53,447 nt of DNA from Octopus sinensis (GCF_006345805.1 NW_021833882.1:1-53447), one strand, 5' to 3'. Positions 25,195-38,934 are shown, counted from the stretch's first letter. The notes: a model not told the origin generated them from the sequence alone. A program made the numbers and translations.

Positions 25195-25430
25195 CTTTTA
25201 CGTTTCGAGCCTACGCCCTTCAACAGAAAGGAACACGAAGAAATAAATTGATAGAGAATAAAAAACTGTTGGAGCTAGCGGTTAATCAAGGACAAAGGTA
25301 ATATATATATACATTTTTAAAATGTAACCACATGTGAATCGTTGACAATTTTTTCCCTCCGTCTTCCTTTTCTATTGGACTTTCCTCAGGCAACTGTTTT
25401 TGAAGAAGAGCTTTGCTCGAAACGTAAAAC
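25195..25430. ncRNA. Two degenerate minimal hammerheads: 25195-25230 (-) and 25396-25430 (+)
   Basis: (-) cttt-CTGTTGA-a-gggc(gtag)gctc-GAAA-cg-TA-aaag; (+) gttt-TTGAAGA-a-gagc(ttt)gctc-GAAA-cg-TA-aaac; one core substitution each; ACGT palindromic stem III. Confidence 0.6.
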
Positions 25431-25728
25431 TATCTTTCTTTCTTGCCCTGAGCGTCTGGTAATACTTTACCTGTACTACGTACTCGCGTTGTTGCCTTTT
25501 TGTGTTTGCTCTTCGTTTTTTTGGGGTGGGGTGGGGGGTGGATTTTCTATATATATATATATATCGTGAAGTATGTTTGCCACTTAAATGTGGGTAACAT
25601 CTTGGAGTGGATGCTACTGTAGCTTGTAGCCCCAGGAAGACATCTCCTCCAGCAAGGGTTAGCCACATTTAAGTGGCAAATATACTTCACGATGTCGTGC
25701 AGCTACTCTGTATACCTCGCTCGAGATT

Positions 25729-25955
<227 letters not shown>

Positions 25956-26422
25956 TACATATAGATATATATATAAGCAAAAATGCTAGTTCTAAAATTT
26001 CTCTTAGGGATCAACGTAGTAGTTGTACTGACAAGTAATATTCGTAGCCACTTTAACATGGCTCACTTTAACGGACTCAGCTGCGTTTTTTAACCCTAAG
26101 AGGGCATCTCCCCTAGCTGGTTAACGATGCACACCCACATCCGATAAATTGCGATCGAATCCCTACCACCTCATACCGACAGAACCAGTAGACCAGTTCT
26201 AATTTCGGGTTATTTCTGCCACTCCGTCGCTAGAAGGTGGTAAGGGTTCGCTCTCCTGCTCACAATTTATCGGATGCAGCTGTGCCTCGTTATAGTTACT
26301 GCTTTCATCTTTTATAGAGTTTTCTAACTAGCTAATTTGCTTGTTATATATATATAATATTAGTAGACCCTTTAACATGACTGTCCGTTCGAACAGACTC
26401 TACTGCGTTTTTTAACCCCCAA

Positions 26423-26480
<58 letters not shown>

Positions 26481-27062
26481 TAGCGACATAAGCACCTTTT
26501 GTAATGAATATTAACTAGTGCATCCAATCTAGCCACGGTGTGTTGCTTACAATGCCTTAGACTGCTGTAAACGTCCCGAAAGATCATTCTATGCAGGCGA
26601 TAAATGTTATTAACGGTTGACGAAATACACCCGCTCACCAGCGGATGGCACAACCGTATCGCGTGATTTTATCGTCTCGCGGATCATCGGTGACAGCTAA
26701 CCGAGCTGAATGCCAGACACAAAATCAATCAAACCGATATCGAATAATACCGGCCAAACAGCTAGTGGTGTCGCAAGAAGCTGGTAGGCTGAGTGTATAT
26801 TAGCTATTAACGACAGAAGCAGTTTTTGTGACGAATATTAATTAGCGCATCCAATTTTATCAAATGTCTAACAATGAAGAAGTAGAATTGGACCCGTGCG
26901 TGTGTTATTATTGGCGTAATGATGCCCACAAGACAACAGGGTTCAGTCAATAAATCGACTCAACTTCCCTTTATTCTTTGAATGACAAGATTTTTTCGTG
27001 GACCTTTTAACATACTACTGCGTTTCCCCACTTTTGCTTGCATTAACTCCTTAAAATATCAT

Positions 27063-27105
27063 ATGGATCCCCTGGGGGTCATAGGGACCTCGGTTGAGAA
27101 CCACT
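27063..27105 (-). mobile_element. hAT-type MITE terminus
   Basis: Reverse complement begins cagtggttctcaacc, resembling hAT/Charlie termini; partner end not found. Confidence 0.4.
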
Positions 27106-27263
27106 GATGCAGAGATTGAGGATTGCAAAGGATTCAGTTTCTACATCGGATGTTTGTTGTGGGAGACGTATGAGAGCCCCACGAGGAGTTGAAAGTGTTA
27201 AAGTATTGACTACGCATGTGCAGACACATACACTACAGATACATACATACATACAAAAATACA

Positions 27264-27295
<32 letters not shown>

Positions 27296-27339
27296 AATAC
27301 ATACATACATATACATACATATAAATATATATAGTATAA

Positions 27340-27391
<52 letters not shown>

Positions 27392-27488
27392 AATATATAA
27401 TATGTATATATGTATGTATTCTGCATATTGTATATGTATATATATTAATATTGTATATATATTTAATATATAATATATATATATATAT

Positions 27489-27544
<56 letters not shown>

Positions 27545-27802
27545 ATAAATATATAATATAATTTGTTGAAATAGAAAGATGAATTTCTTGTTACAGATTA
27601 TTCAAAAGTTTAACCGGTACCTGGGTAGCAAAAATCACAGCAGAAAATACACGGTTGGAGATAAGACCATTTGGTGTTGCAACCGTGCGTTGGTGCGGAT
27701 AATTGAAGCTTAATATTATTATTGAATGGAAGAAATGGAGTTGAACGAAGATGTACAGGAATTCTGTACAATCTTCGTTCAACTCTATTTCTTCCATTCA
27801 AT

Positions 27803-27892
<90 letters not shown>

Positions 27893-27937
27893 ATAATATA
27901 TATATATATAATATGTATATACGCATAGATATATATG

Positions 27938-27969
<32 letters not shown>

Positions 27970-28439
27970 TGCATGTTCATATGCTTACATGTGCGTGTAT
28001 CGATGTGAGTAAATGTATATATACGCGGTGGGTGGGGGGGGGTGCTCGCGTGTATAGAAATGTAAACATTAAAAAATATGCGTATATATCATGGGCATGT
28101 CACATTTTGTATATACACACACACAACCATCCCCATTCTCAGTCGTTTGCAAAACACATACACACACACATGCACACACACACACATGCACACACACACA
28201 CATGCACACACACACACATGCACAATCATGCTGGTGTCAATATGCAATATTATTGCCAACTGCACAAGCTGCAGAAAGCTGCATATTATATTGCATACAG
28301 GTCTGTGTGGGGTTGGGTGGTTGGTGTGGGTGATGAAATTGGTCGGTGGTTGTGGTGGGAGTAAGAGTGACAGAGAAGGGCGGGGGGAAGGAAAATTGTG
28401 GTGTGGGGGAGGGGATGACTTGATTAAACACGTGGTGTG

Positions 28440-28925
28440 GCGGAAGTGAAGGCGGTAGTTGTGGTCCTGTCGGTGGTGGTTGTGGTTGTAGTAGGGGTGG
28501 TGGTGGTCGTCGTCGTCGTCGTCGTGGAGGTGGTGGTGGTGGTGGTGGTAGTGGTAGTGGTGGTGGTGGTGGTGGTGGTGGTTGTAGTAGGAGTGGTGGT
28601 GGTGGTGGTTGTGGTTGTAGTAGGGGTTGTGGTTGTGTGGTTGTGGTGGTGGTTGTGGTGGTGGTTGTGGTGGTGGTTGTGGTGGAGGTGGTGGTGGAGG
28701 GTGGTTGTTGTTGGTGGCGGTGGTGGTAGTGGTGTTGGTGGTGTTGGTGGTGGAGGTGTTGGTGGTGTTGGAGGTGGTGTTGGTGGTGTTGGTGGTGGTG
28801 GTGGTAGTGGAGGTGGTGGTAGTGAAGGTGGTGGTGGTGGTGGTGGTGGTATTGTTTCTGATGGTGTTGGTAGTAGTTTTGATTGTAGTATGGGTGGTAG
28901 TGGTATGCTATGGTAATGGTGGTGC
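28440..28925. repeat. Degenerate (GGT)n repeat
   Basis: Directly visible; source of the poly-P/T/V/G ORFs. Confidence 0.95.
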
Positions 28926-29173
28926 CGGTTGATCAAAGCCATTGTTAGGTAGACGTTCTTGCAAAAATGCAACAATTTTGGCTCGTTTTCTTGTTGCCAT
29001 TGTTGCGGTTGCTGTTGTTGTTGTTGTTGTTGTTGTTAACTCAGTTTTCTGACGCCATTTTGTACTGTCTTTGTTGGCCTTTTGCTGGTTTAACTGCTAA
29101 AATGTTTCTGTTGATGACAATGATAATGATGATGATGATGATGATGATGATTATCTCAAATCCATATATATTG

Positions 29174-29208
<35 letters not shown>

Positions 29209-29386
29209 ATTTATATATATATATATGTGTGTGTGTGTTTATATATATATGTGTGTGTGTGTGTGTTTACATATATATATGTATGCGTGTGTGTACATAT
29301 GGGTTGTGTGTATATATGTATATATGTATATATATATATACGCACATTATTATATGCATTATACATATATACATATACATATATAC

Positions 29387-29433
<47 letters not shown>

Positions 29434-29455
29434 CATGCACGCACATACACACACA

Positions 29456-29505
<50 letters not shown>

Positions 29506-29524
29506 GCATTGACACGGGCGCACG

Positions 29525-29564
<40 letters not shown>

Positions 29565-29744
29565 ACACACACACACATATATATATATATGCATGCACAC
29601 GGGCGCACGCACGCACACACACACATATTTGCGTGCTTGCATCTCGTCAGCTTCGCCAGTCATTGAATGTTGTTACTATGATATTGATGTCTCGGGAAAC
29701 TCACTTCAGAATAGGAAGCAAGTCAAAATTCTAGTCTACTTCAT

Positions 29745-30642
29745 GTTTGTACGTACGTATGTATGTGTGTATGTATGTATGTGTGTATGTATGTATGAAT
29801 GTATGTTTGTATGTATGTATGAATGTATGTTTGTATGTATGTATATATGTATGTGTGTATGTATGTATGAATGTATGTATCTATGTATATATGTATGAAT
29901 GTATGTTTGTATGTATATATGAATGTATGTTTGTATGTATGTATATATGTATGTGTGTGCGTATATATATATATATGTATGTATGTATGTATGCATGTAT
30001 GTATGTATGTATGTATGTATGTATGTATGTGTATGTGTGTATGTATGTATGTGTGTATGTTTGTATGCATGTATGTATGTAAGTATGTATGTATGTATGT
30101 ATGCATGTATGTATGTATGTAAGTATGTATGTATGCATGTATGTATGTATGTATGTATGTATGCATGTATGTATGTATGTATGTATGTGTGTATGTATGC
30201 ATGTATGTGTGTATGTATGTATGTATGTATGTATGTATGCACGTATGTATGTATGTATGTATGCATGTATGTATGTATGTATGTGCGTGTGTATGTATGT
30301 ATGTATGTATGTATGTGTGTGCGTGTGTATGTATGTATATATGTATGTATGCATGTATGTATGTATGTATGTATGTATGTATGTATGTATGTATGTATGC
30401 ATGTATGTATGTATGTATGTATGTATGTAAGTATGTATGTATGCACATATGTATGTATGCATGTATGTATGCATGCATGCATGTATGTATGTATGTATGT
30501 ATGTATGTATGTATGTATGATTGTATGTATGTATGATTGTATGTATGTATGTATGTATGTATGTATGTATGTATGTATGTATGTATGTATGCATGCATGT
30601 ATGTATGTATGCATATATGTATGTATCCATGTATGTATGTAT
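29745..30642. repeat. ~900-bp (ATGT)n microsatellite
   Basis: Directly visible; source of the 255-309 aa HTYI/MYVC ORFs. Confidence 0.97.
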
Positions 30643-30957
30643 AGACACAGTCGTATAAATTTCACGAGAGAGACAAAGAGGACTCAGTACCAGATAAAGG
30701 GAAAAATGTGATTAGTATCGTCTGTTTTTACCAAATGGTGACTTAATATCACCGAAGGAGATGGTCCTAAGGATCATCAAATGATCAAAATACGCGCTTG
30801 TTTTCCTTTAAGTGGCCATCTTGAAACTGTTTGTTTCTGTTATGTAACAGCAAGATGGAGCGGATAAGAGTACTACTGCTCCGGCGTCACAAAACTGGAC
30901 GAAAAGGAAACGCATCAATTTGTTGATATATGCATCCCACTTCTGCTGCTGCTGCGG

Positions 30958-31202
30958 TTCTTCTTTTTCTTCTTCTTCTTCTTCTTCTTCTTCTTCTTCT
31001 TCTCCTTCTTCTTCTTCTTCTGCTACTCTTCTTCCTATTCTTTTTCTTCTACTTCTCCTTCTTCTTCTTCGTCTCCTTCTTTTTCTTCTACTTCTCCTTC
31101 TTCTTCTTCTTCTTCTCCTCCTCCTCCTCCTTCTTCTTCTTCTTCTTCTTCTTCTTCTTCTTCTTCTTCTTCTTCTTCTTCTTCTTCTTCTTCTTCTTCT
31201 TC
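30958..31202. repeat. (CTT)n repeat
   Basis: Directly visible. Confidence 0.95.
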
Positions 31203-31665
31203 CAATCAGGACTCACGCCACAAAGAATAATCTCTGATTCGCGCCTACTCTAAGCTGCTAAGAATGTGTGTGGCAACTTGAAGATCCACCCACCACACGC
31301 CATAGACTGGTGGTTTCACGGGCGCGAAAGCTACGTTGTTATTCTCATTCCGTAAACGGTGGCTTTTAACGGGTGGAGAGCTGAACCATCCTGGGGTACA
31401 GAGGATTCGCAATCTAGACTAGGGTTTGAAAGTTTACCACACCAAAGTGGGTTACACCATTGTTCCTCTGCTTTGTGGCAGAAGAGTGAGAAAAATTTGT
31501 GGTGAAAGAGTACTGTGGCGTTCACCTCACCACCCGCCGGAACATCGTGGAACTTAAGTGTTTTTGCTCAATAAACACTCACTATGCCCTGTCTGGGAAT
31601 CGAAACAGCGTTCCTACGACCGTGAGTCCGTTACCCTAACCTCCACTCTGCTGCTGTTGATGTTT

Positions 31666-32033
31666 GTTTGTTTGTTGAGCGAAGCGGTCTTTGTCCTAGA
31701 TGTAGTGGGAGAAGTCCGAAACGTGGTCCTTTGCTATTCCTAAGACCCGCAGAAGAGAAAGTAGGTCAACCCCCGACAACGAGAGCATCGACGGATGAAT
31801 GCGCATCCAGGCTCAGCGGTTGAGTAGGAAGTCGGGGACAAGAAACAGGAAGAAAGAGTGAGAGAAAGTTGGAGCGAAAGAGTACAACAGGGGTCGCCAC
31901 CATCCCCTGTCGGGGCCTCGTGGAGCTTTAGGTGTTTTCGCTCAATAAACACACACAACGCTCGGACCGAGAATCGAAACTGCGATCCTCCGACCGCAAG
32001 TCCGCTGCCCTAACCACTGGACCATTGCGCCTC
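31666..32033 (-). mobile_element. SINE family B with 15-bp TSD
   Basis: TSD ctgctgttgatgttt at 31651-31665 and 32034-32048; tRNA-like head; an older diverged copy is adjacent at ~31300-31645. Confidence 0.88.
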
Positions 32034-32915
32034 CTGCTGTTGATGTTTTGTGAGTTATGATGTTCTTCATGCTGCGGCTGCAACAATAACTCAGCTTAAA
32101 ACAGATTCTGAGGCCGTTGATGAGTTTTTGTTTTTCTTTTATCTTCCAGTGTCAGGGAGATTTTAGTTGCGTTCGTCTTTACTTTCAAACGATTTGGGGA
32201 CTGTGAACAAGAGAACATCGCAGAATTGCTCTTATTTCGATAAGATAGTGTACTACGTATATGTTTGAAGCCACTATTCATTAAAATATTATATGGCGCT
32301 GTTTTGCCGGTGATATCTCTTTGTTAGAGAGGAGTTAACGAAGATTATTCTGCTAATGCTATTGAATAGATTTTTGATTACGTATGTGGGGTGGGATGAC
32401 CAGATTTAGAGTTAAAATCGATCAATATTAATATAGATTAGATTAGATTGAATTTGTTATGGTACTCTGTTTATGTGGTTGCATCTAAAATGTGTCTGCA
32501 AATTTTAGACCTGCGGCAACTGCATTCGTGCATTTTGGTCGTCTCATGGCCCTTCTGTCCCTTACATTTATACACCCTTCTGGGATTCTACATAACCATT
32601 TGAGGGGACACCATATAACGACCTTATCTTATCGCTAGACCAAGTAGAAAAAGGATCACCTTAGGGGATAGTTTAAAGAAAAAAGAACATCAAAGCCTCC
32701 TACAATATATAAAAGATTAGGGTTAAGAAAACATTGTATTGTCCTGCAGGCCCGTGGGGGAGGGGAATTAAATGCTGAGTGTTAATTCTAATAGATTAGC
32801 CAGTGGACGTGTATTCAATACCTGGATCGGTCACATATATACATATACATACATATGTACATGTGTGTGTGTGTATGTATGTTTGTATGTATGTATGTAT
32901 GTATGTGTGTATGTA

Positions 32916-32948
<33 letters not shown>

Positions 32949-33049
32949 ATGTATGCAAGTATGTATGTATGTATGTTTGTATGTATAGTGTAGGAACCAC
33001 AAGCAGGTGTACTGTGGTTGAAACGATCGCAAGTTGTAGAATTAATAAT

Positions 33050-33265
33050 CCTTTCTACTCTAGGCACAATGCCTGGAATTTTGAAGGGAGAGGGGCAAGT
33101 CCTTTACATCGACCCCAGTGCTCAACTGTACTTATTTTATCGCCCCTGAAAGGACGAAAGGCAAAGTCGAGCTCGTCGGAATTTGAACTCAGAACGTAAA
33201 AACAGACGAAGCTCCGTTATACATTTTGCCCGTCGTTCTAACGACTCTGCCAGCTCATCGCCCTT
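33050..33265 (-). mobile_element. Diverged SINE family C
   Basis: gagctggcagagtcgttag...gagttcaaattcc; flanking gaattaataat repeats. Confidence 0.75.
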
Positions 33266-33790
33266 GCTGTTGAATTAATAATAAGAGAATATCCTTGTTA
33301 TGGACAAAGGAATGGGGGGAGATATAGACCTCATCATAGCAGTTGTACACGCCGCTAATGTCACGACGCCCTGATGATAATTCTACGAAAACCTAGAAAC
33401 GTCGTTGATGGATTTAGGAAGGTTATGGCTTCAGACGAACTTTGTACATCTATGCATATCTGCTTAGCAATCTGAAACTGATTATCAAAGGACGATGAGT
33501 TTGTTATTTTATATGAAAAACTGAAGAAATCTGTTATCCACATCCAATTGTTTGATACATCCAAGTGTTTGACACATCTGTTTGACACGTTCAACTCACA
33601 CAAAGTAAGTCGAAATCTATTTCATTCTTAAATATAAATTTAGATCGAAATTAGCAGATGTAATCAAATTCTAATTTCTTAACCTTACCTCTCTCTGCTT
33701 CCCGTGGAACATCGGGTGACGAAGGAGCTCAACTCGGCACCGTTGCAAACCCCGTCGTGAGCCTGCTTCCATGCAAGGGCTATACCTGCT

Positions 33791-34208
33791 AAGGCGGCGA
33801 GCTGGCAGAAACGTTAGCGCGCCGGGCGAAATGCGTAGCCGTATTTCGTCTGCCGTTACGTTCTGAGTTCAAATTCTGCCGAGGTCGACTTTGCCTTTCA
33901 TCCTTTCGGGGTCGATAAATTAAGTACCTGTTACGCACTGGGGTCGATCTAATCGACTTAATTCCTTTGTCTGTCCTTGTTTGTCCTCTCTGTGTTTAGC
34001 CCCTTGTGGGTAGTAAAAAATAGGTATTTCGTCTGCCGTTACGTTCTGAGTTCAAATTCGGCCGAGGTCGACTTTGCCTTTCATCCTTTCGGAGTCAATA
34101 AATTAAGTACCAGTTACGCACTGGGGTCGATCTAATCGACTTAATCCCTTTGTCTGTCCTTGTTTGTCCCCTCTATGTTTAGCCCCTTGTGGCCAATAAA
34201 GAAATATA
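33791..34208 (+). mobile_element. SINE family C, head plus 2 x 183-bp body, with TSD
   Basis: TSD tatacctgct (33781-33790) / tataccagct (34209-34218); units start gtatttcgtc at 33841 and 34024. Confidence 0.9.
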
Positions 34209-34482
34209 TATACCAGCTGAATTATCCTCCATAGTCCATAACTAGTTAGTGTCGCCTCTTACGCTCCAGCTCTAGACTCCTGTCAACATAAGCTTTCATT
34301 GGTCTCTTTCTGAACAACTTTTCTTGAACGTCTTCCACCATCTCTCGGGGACCGTATCCTGCGTGTCACTCAAACTGGTCTTTTCTCTGACTTCGACAGT
34401 CGCATCACCAAATTCATAATACAGTTCTAAGGCGACATCCTTGGAAGACATCTGCCATTTCTATAGATTCTGTAATTCTGTA

Positions 34483-34797
34483 GGTTGCATGGCTCAGTGG
34501 TTAGAGCGTTGAGCTTACGATCGTGAGGTTGTGAGCTCGAATCCTGGACCCGGCTGCGTGCTGTGTTCTTGAGCAAGACACTTTATTTCACGTTGCTCCA
34601 GTTCACTCAGCTGTAGAAATGAGTTGCGACATCACAGGTGTCTTTCCCTTGGATAACACTGGCGGTGTGGAGAGGGGAGGCCAGTATGCATGGGCGACAG
34701 CTGGTCTTCCATAAACAACCTTGCCCGGACTTGTGCCTGAGAGGGTAATTTTCTATGTGCAATCCCATGGTCAGTGTCGTGACTGAAGGGGGTCTCA
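34483..34797 (+). mobile_element. tRNA-derived SINE family D
   Basis: tggctcagtggttagagcg...gctcgaatcc head; cttgagcaagacactttatttcacgttgctccag core shared with 35281. Confidence 0.85.
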
Positions 34798-35280
34798 GTA
34801 GGTTCTATAATTCTATATATTCTGCTGGTCTTTTACACGTCTCACGGGCTTAAGTCGCTGTCAACATTACGATTGATGTATATAGATGGAATTTAGTATC
34901 TTGGCTGATGGATAAGTTGGACTATACAGGCTTCAGTTGGTAGAAGACCACCGATTCGCCGAGTCTCCAAATCACTTTCCAAAGTTTTATCGTTAGTTAT
35001 CTTACTGTCCTGGGACGTGAACGAATCAGTGGTCCCCAGAGTTTGGCCCTCCAGCCCGACATGTTGCTACTGTGCTTCCTTAATAATCTTTACTTCCGTT
35101 TTTTCATTATTGGGGTGGGGTGGAGTCGTATCTTATACTTGCGTAGATGTGGCACAAGGAGTCCCAGACCTGTATGTATGTATGTATGTATGTATGTATG
35201 TATGTATGTATGTATGTATGTATGTACGTATGTATGTATGTGTGTATGTATGTATGTATGTATGTATGTATGTATGTGAA

Positions 35281-35597
35281 GGCGCGTGGCTTAGTGGTTA
35301 GGGCATTCGGCTCACGATTGTAAGGTCGTGAGTTCAATTCTCGGCAACGCGTTGTGTCCTTGAGCAAGACACTTTATTTCACGTTGCTCCAGTCCACTCA
35401 GCTGGCAAAGATGAGTTGTACCTGTATTTCAAAGGGTCAGTCTTGTCATGCTCTGTGTCCCGCTGAACCTCCCCGAGAACTACGTTAGGGGTACACGTGT
35501 CTGTGGAATGCTCAGCCACTTGCACGTTAATTTCACGAGCAGGCTGTTCCGTTGATCGTATCAGCTGGGACTCTCGTCGTCGCAACTGACGGAGTGC
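35281..35597 (+). mobile_element. tRNA-derived SINE family D variant in (ATGT)n
   Basis: ggcgcgtggcttagtggttagggc...gagttcaattc; same core as 34483 but a different tail. Confidence 0.85.
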
Positions 35598-35710
35598 TCC
35601 TATGTATGAATGTATGTATGTATGTATGTATGTATGTGTGAGTGAGTGTGTGTATACGTGTTTATATGTGCATGTATGTATAACAGGACACATACACGCG
35701 CACACGCACG

Positions 35711-35761
<51 letters not shown>

Positions 35762-35878
35762 AAGGTTTCAAGAGAGAATCAGGTACTTAAATGGTAGGCA
35801 CCAAGTTGGGTCGAATTAACTTGTAAACGCCACCTTTAGTCGAATAAACTATGGAGGATAATTCAGCTGGTATATATA

Positions 35879-38117
35879 TTTCTTTATTGGCCACAAGGGG
35901 CTAAACATAGAGGGGACAAACAAGGACAGACAAAGGGATTAATCGATTAGATCGACCCCAGAGCGTAACAGGTACTTAATTTATCGACCCCGAAAGGATG
36001 AAAGGCAAAGTCGACCTCGGCAGAATTTGAACTCAGAACGTAACGGCAGACGAAATACCTATTTTTTACTACCCACAAGGGGCTAAACACAGAGGGGACA
36101 AACAAGGACAAACAAAGGGATTAATCGATTAGATCGACCCCAGAGCGTAACAGGTACTTAATTTATCGACCCCGAAAGGATGAAAGGCAATGTCGACCTC
36201 GGCAGAATTTGAACTCAGAACGTAACGGCAGACGAAATACCTATTTTTTACTACCCACAAGGGGCTAAACACAGAGAGGACAAACAAGGACAGACAAAGG
36301 AATTAAGTCGATTAGATCGACCCCAGTGTGTAAGAGGTACTTAATTTATCGACCCCGAAAGGATGAAAGGCAAAGTCGACCTCGGCAGAATTTGAACTCA
36401 GAACGTAACGGCAGACGAAATACCTATTTTTTACTACCCACAAGGGGCTAAACACAGAGGGGACAAACAAGGACAGACAAAGGAATTAAGTCGATTAGAT
36501 CGACCCCAGTGCGTAACTGGTACTTAATTTATCGACCCCGAAAGGATGAAAGGCAAAGTCGACCTCGGCAGAATTTGAACTCAGAACGTAACGGCAGACG
36601 AAATACCTATTTTTTACTACCCACAAGGGGCTAAACACAGAGAGGACAAACAAGGACAGACAAAGGAATTAAGTCGATTAGATCGACCCCAGTGCGTAAC
36701 TGGTACTTAATTTATCGACCCCGAAAGGATGAAAGGCAAAGTCGACCTCGGCAGAATTTGAACTCAGAACGTAACGGCAGACGAAATACCTATTTTTTAC
36801 TACCCACAAGGGGCTAAACACAGAGAGGACAAACAAGGACAGACAAAGGAATTAAGTCGATTAGATCGACCCCAGTGCGTAACTGGTACTTAATTTATCG
36901 ACCCCGAAAGGATGAAAGGCAAAGTCGACCTCGGCAGAATTTGAACTCAGAACGTAACGGCAGACGAAATACCTATTTTTTACTACCCACAAGGGGCTAA
37001 ACACAGAGAGGACAAACAAGGACAGACAAGGAATTAAGTCGATTAGATCGACCCCAGTGCGTAAATGGTACTTAATTTATCGACCCCGAAAGGATGAAAG
37101 GCAAAGTCGAACTCGGCAGAATTTGAACTCAGAACGTAACGGCAGACGAAATACCTATTTTTTACTACCCACAAGGGGCTAAACACAGAGAGGACAAACA
37201 AGGACAGACAAAGGAATTAAGTCGATTAGATCGACCCCAGTGCGTAAGAGGTACTTAATTTATCGACCCCGAAAGGATAAAAGGCAAAGTCGACCTCGGC
37301 CGAATTTGAACTCAGAACGTAACGGCAGACGAAATACCTATTTTTTACTACCCACAAGGGGCTAAACACAGAGGGGACAAACAAGGACAGACAAAGGAAT
37401 TAAGTCGATTAGATCGACCCCAGTGCGTAACTGGTACTTAATTTATTGACTCCGAAAGGATGAAAGGCAAAGTCGACCCCGGCAGAATTTGAACTCAGAA
37501 CGTAACGGCAGACGAAATACCTATTTTTACTACCCACAAGGGGCTAAACACAGAGAGGACAAACAAGGACAGACAAAGGAATTAAGTCGATTAGATCGAC
37601 CCCAGTGCGTAACAGGTACTTAATTTATCGACCCCGAAAGGATGAAAGGCAAAGTCGACCTCGGCCGAATTTGAACTCAGAACGTAACGGCAGACGAAAT
37701 ACCTATTTTTTACTACCCACAAGGGGCTAAACACAGAGAGGACAAACAAGGACAGACAAAGGAATTAAGTCGATTAGATCGACCCCAGTGCGTAACTGGT
37801 ACTTAATTTATCGACCCCGAAAGGATGAAAGGCAAAGTCGACCTAGGCCGAATTTGAACTCAGAACGTAACGGCAGACGAAATACCTATTTTTTACTACC
37901 CACAAGGGGCTAAACACAGAGAGGACAAACAAGGACAGACAAAGGAATTAAGTCGATTAGATCGACCCCAGTGCGTAACTGGTACTTAATTTATCGACCC
38001 CGAAAGGATGAAAGGCAAAGTCGACCTCGGCAGAATTTGAACTCAGAACGTAACGGCAGACGAAATACGGCTACGCATTTCGCCCGGCGCGCTAACGTTT
38101 CTGCCAGCTCGCCGCCT
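35879..38117 (-). repeat. Tandem array of 12 x ~183-bp SINE family C bodies behind one tRNA-like head
   Basis: The gaaatacctattttt junction recurs every ~183 bp from ~36052 to ~37879 (11 junctions); single head at 38068-38117. Confidence 0.95.
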
Positions 38118-38297
38118 CAGCAGGTACTGAGGTACATCCTGTGAAATATTCAGAAGGGCTACTGCAAAACCTATGTCGTGTTGGTTGCACGATATCCGAC
38201 GGGTGGGGAATCCCTCTCGGTGGATTTTGAGCAAATAAATTAAATACATAAATAACAAACGACGGATAAGTGACCTTTACCCACCGCTTGTTACTTA

Positions 38298-38668
38298 CTC
38301 TCTTTTACTGGTTTCAGTCATTTGACTGCGGCCATGCTGGAGCACAGCCTTTAGTCGAACAAATCGACCCCGGGACTTATTCTATGTAAGCCTAGTACTT
38401 ATTCTATCGGGCTCTTTTGCCGAACCGCTAAGTTACGGGGACATAAACACACCAGCATCTGTTGTCATGCGATGCTGGGGAGACAAACACACACACACAC
38501 ACACATAGGGCTTCTTTTAGTTTCCGTCTACAAAATCCACTCATAAGGCTTTGGACAGCCCGAGGCTATAGTAGACGACACTTGCCCAAGGTTCCACGCA
38601 GTGGGACTGAACCCGGAACCATGTGGTTGGTAAGCAAGCTCCTTACCACACAGCCACTCCTGCGCCTA
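38298..38668 (-). mobile_element. SINE family A with 9-bp TSD
   Basis: tgttactta at 38289-38297 and 38669-38677. Confidence 0.88.
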
Positions 38669-38934
38669 TGTTACTTATATACAAATATAGTAAATGAAAG
38701 ACGGAAGATGGAATATACGATACTTTTTTTTTAATCACGACAGTTGTTTCGACACATCAAGTATCGATCCCTCACGGGTGGGACACTTAACAACTGGTTC
38801 AGGAGCATCCGGTGGTACAGATGTGTCGCTTTGGGTGGTTAACAGATATAACTCGTTAAAATAACAGTTCCACATTGTATATTCTCATTTCGCATAAAAG
38901 AAAGCAGCGAAACAAAGGATATATCTTCATTTAT

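Larger units (their letters stand above)
33690..35150 (-). pseudogene. Decayed RTE-clade LINE (3' ORF), split by SINEs; probably continues at 35780-35847 and 38127-38250
   Basis: Minus-strand remnants NEKTEVK...DSFTSQDSKITND, FYQLKPV*SNLSISQDTKFHLYTSIV, WKQAHD and FVTRCSTGSR resemble the RTE C-terminus. Confidence 0.6.

Noticed and set aside
28424-28975. Proline/threonine-rich, extensin- or mucin-like ORF
   Set aside because: Degenerate (GGT)n microsatellite; no splice or domain evidence.
29736-30711. Long ORFs of 255-309 aa
   Set aside because: Translations of (ATGT)n, which lacks stops in several frames.
32100-32700. N-terminal zinc-finger region of an R2/NeSL-like LINE (KCKGQKG...MHECSCR on the minus strand)
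   Set aside because: Suggestive but too degraded to call without a profile search.
33365-33410. CTGATGA...GAAA hammerhead-like string
   Set aside because: Stem I cannot form adjacent to the core in either register.
35879-38117. CRISPR-like or retrozyme interpretation of the 183-bp array
   Set aside because: Units are near-identical with no unique spacers, there are no cas genes, and I found no hammerhead core on either strand; the unit is a SINE body.
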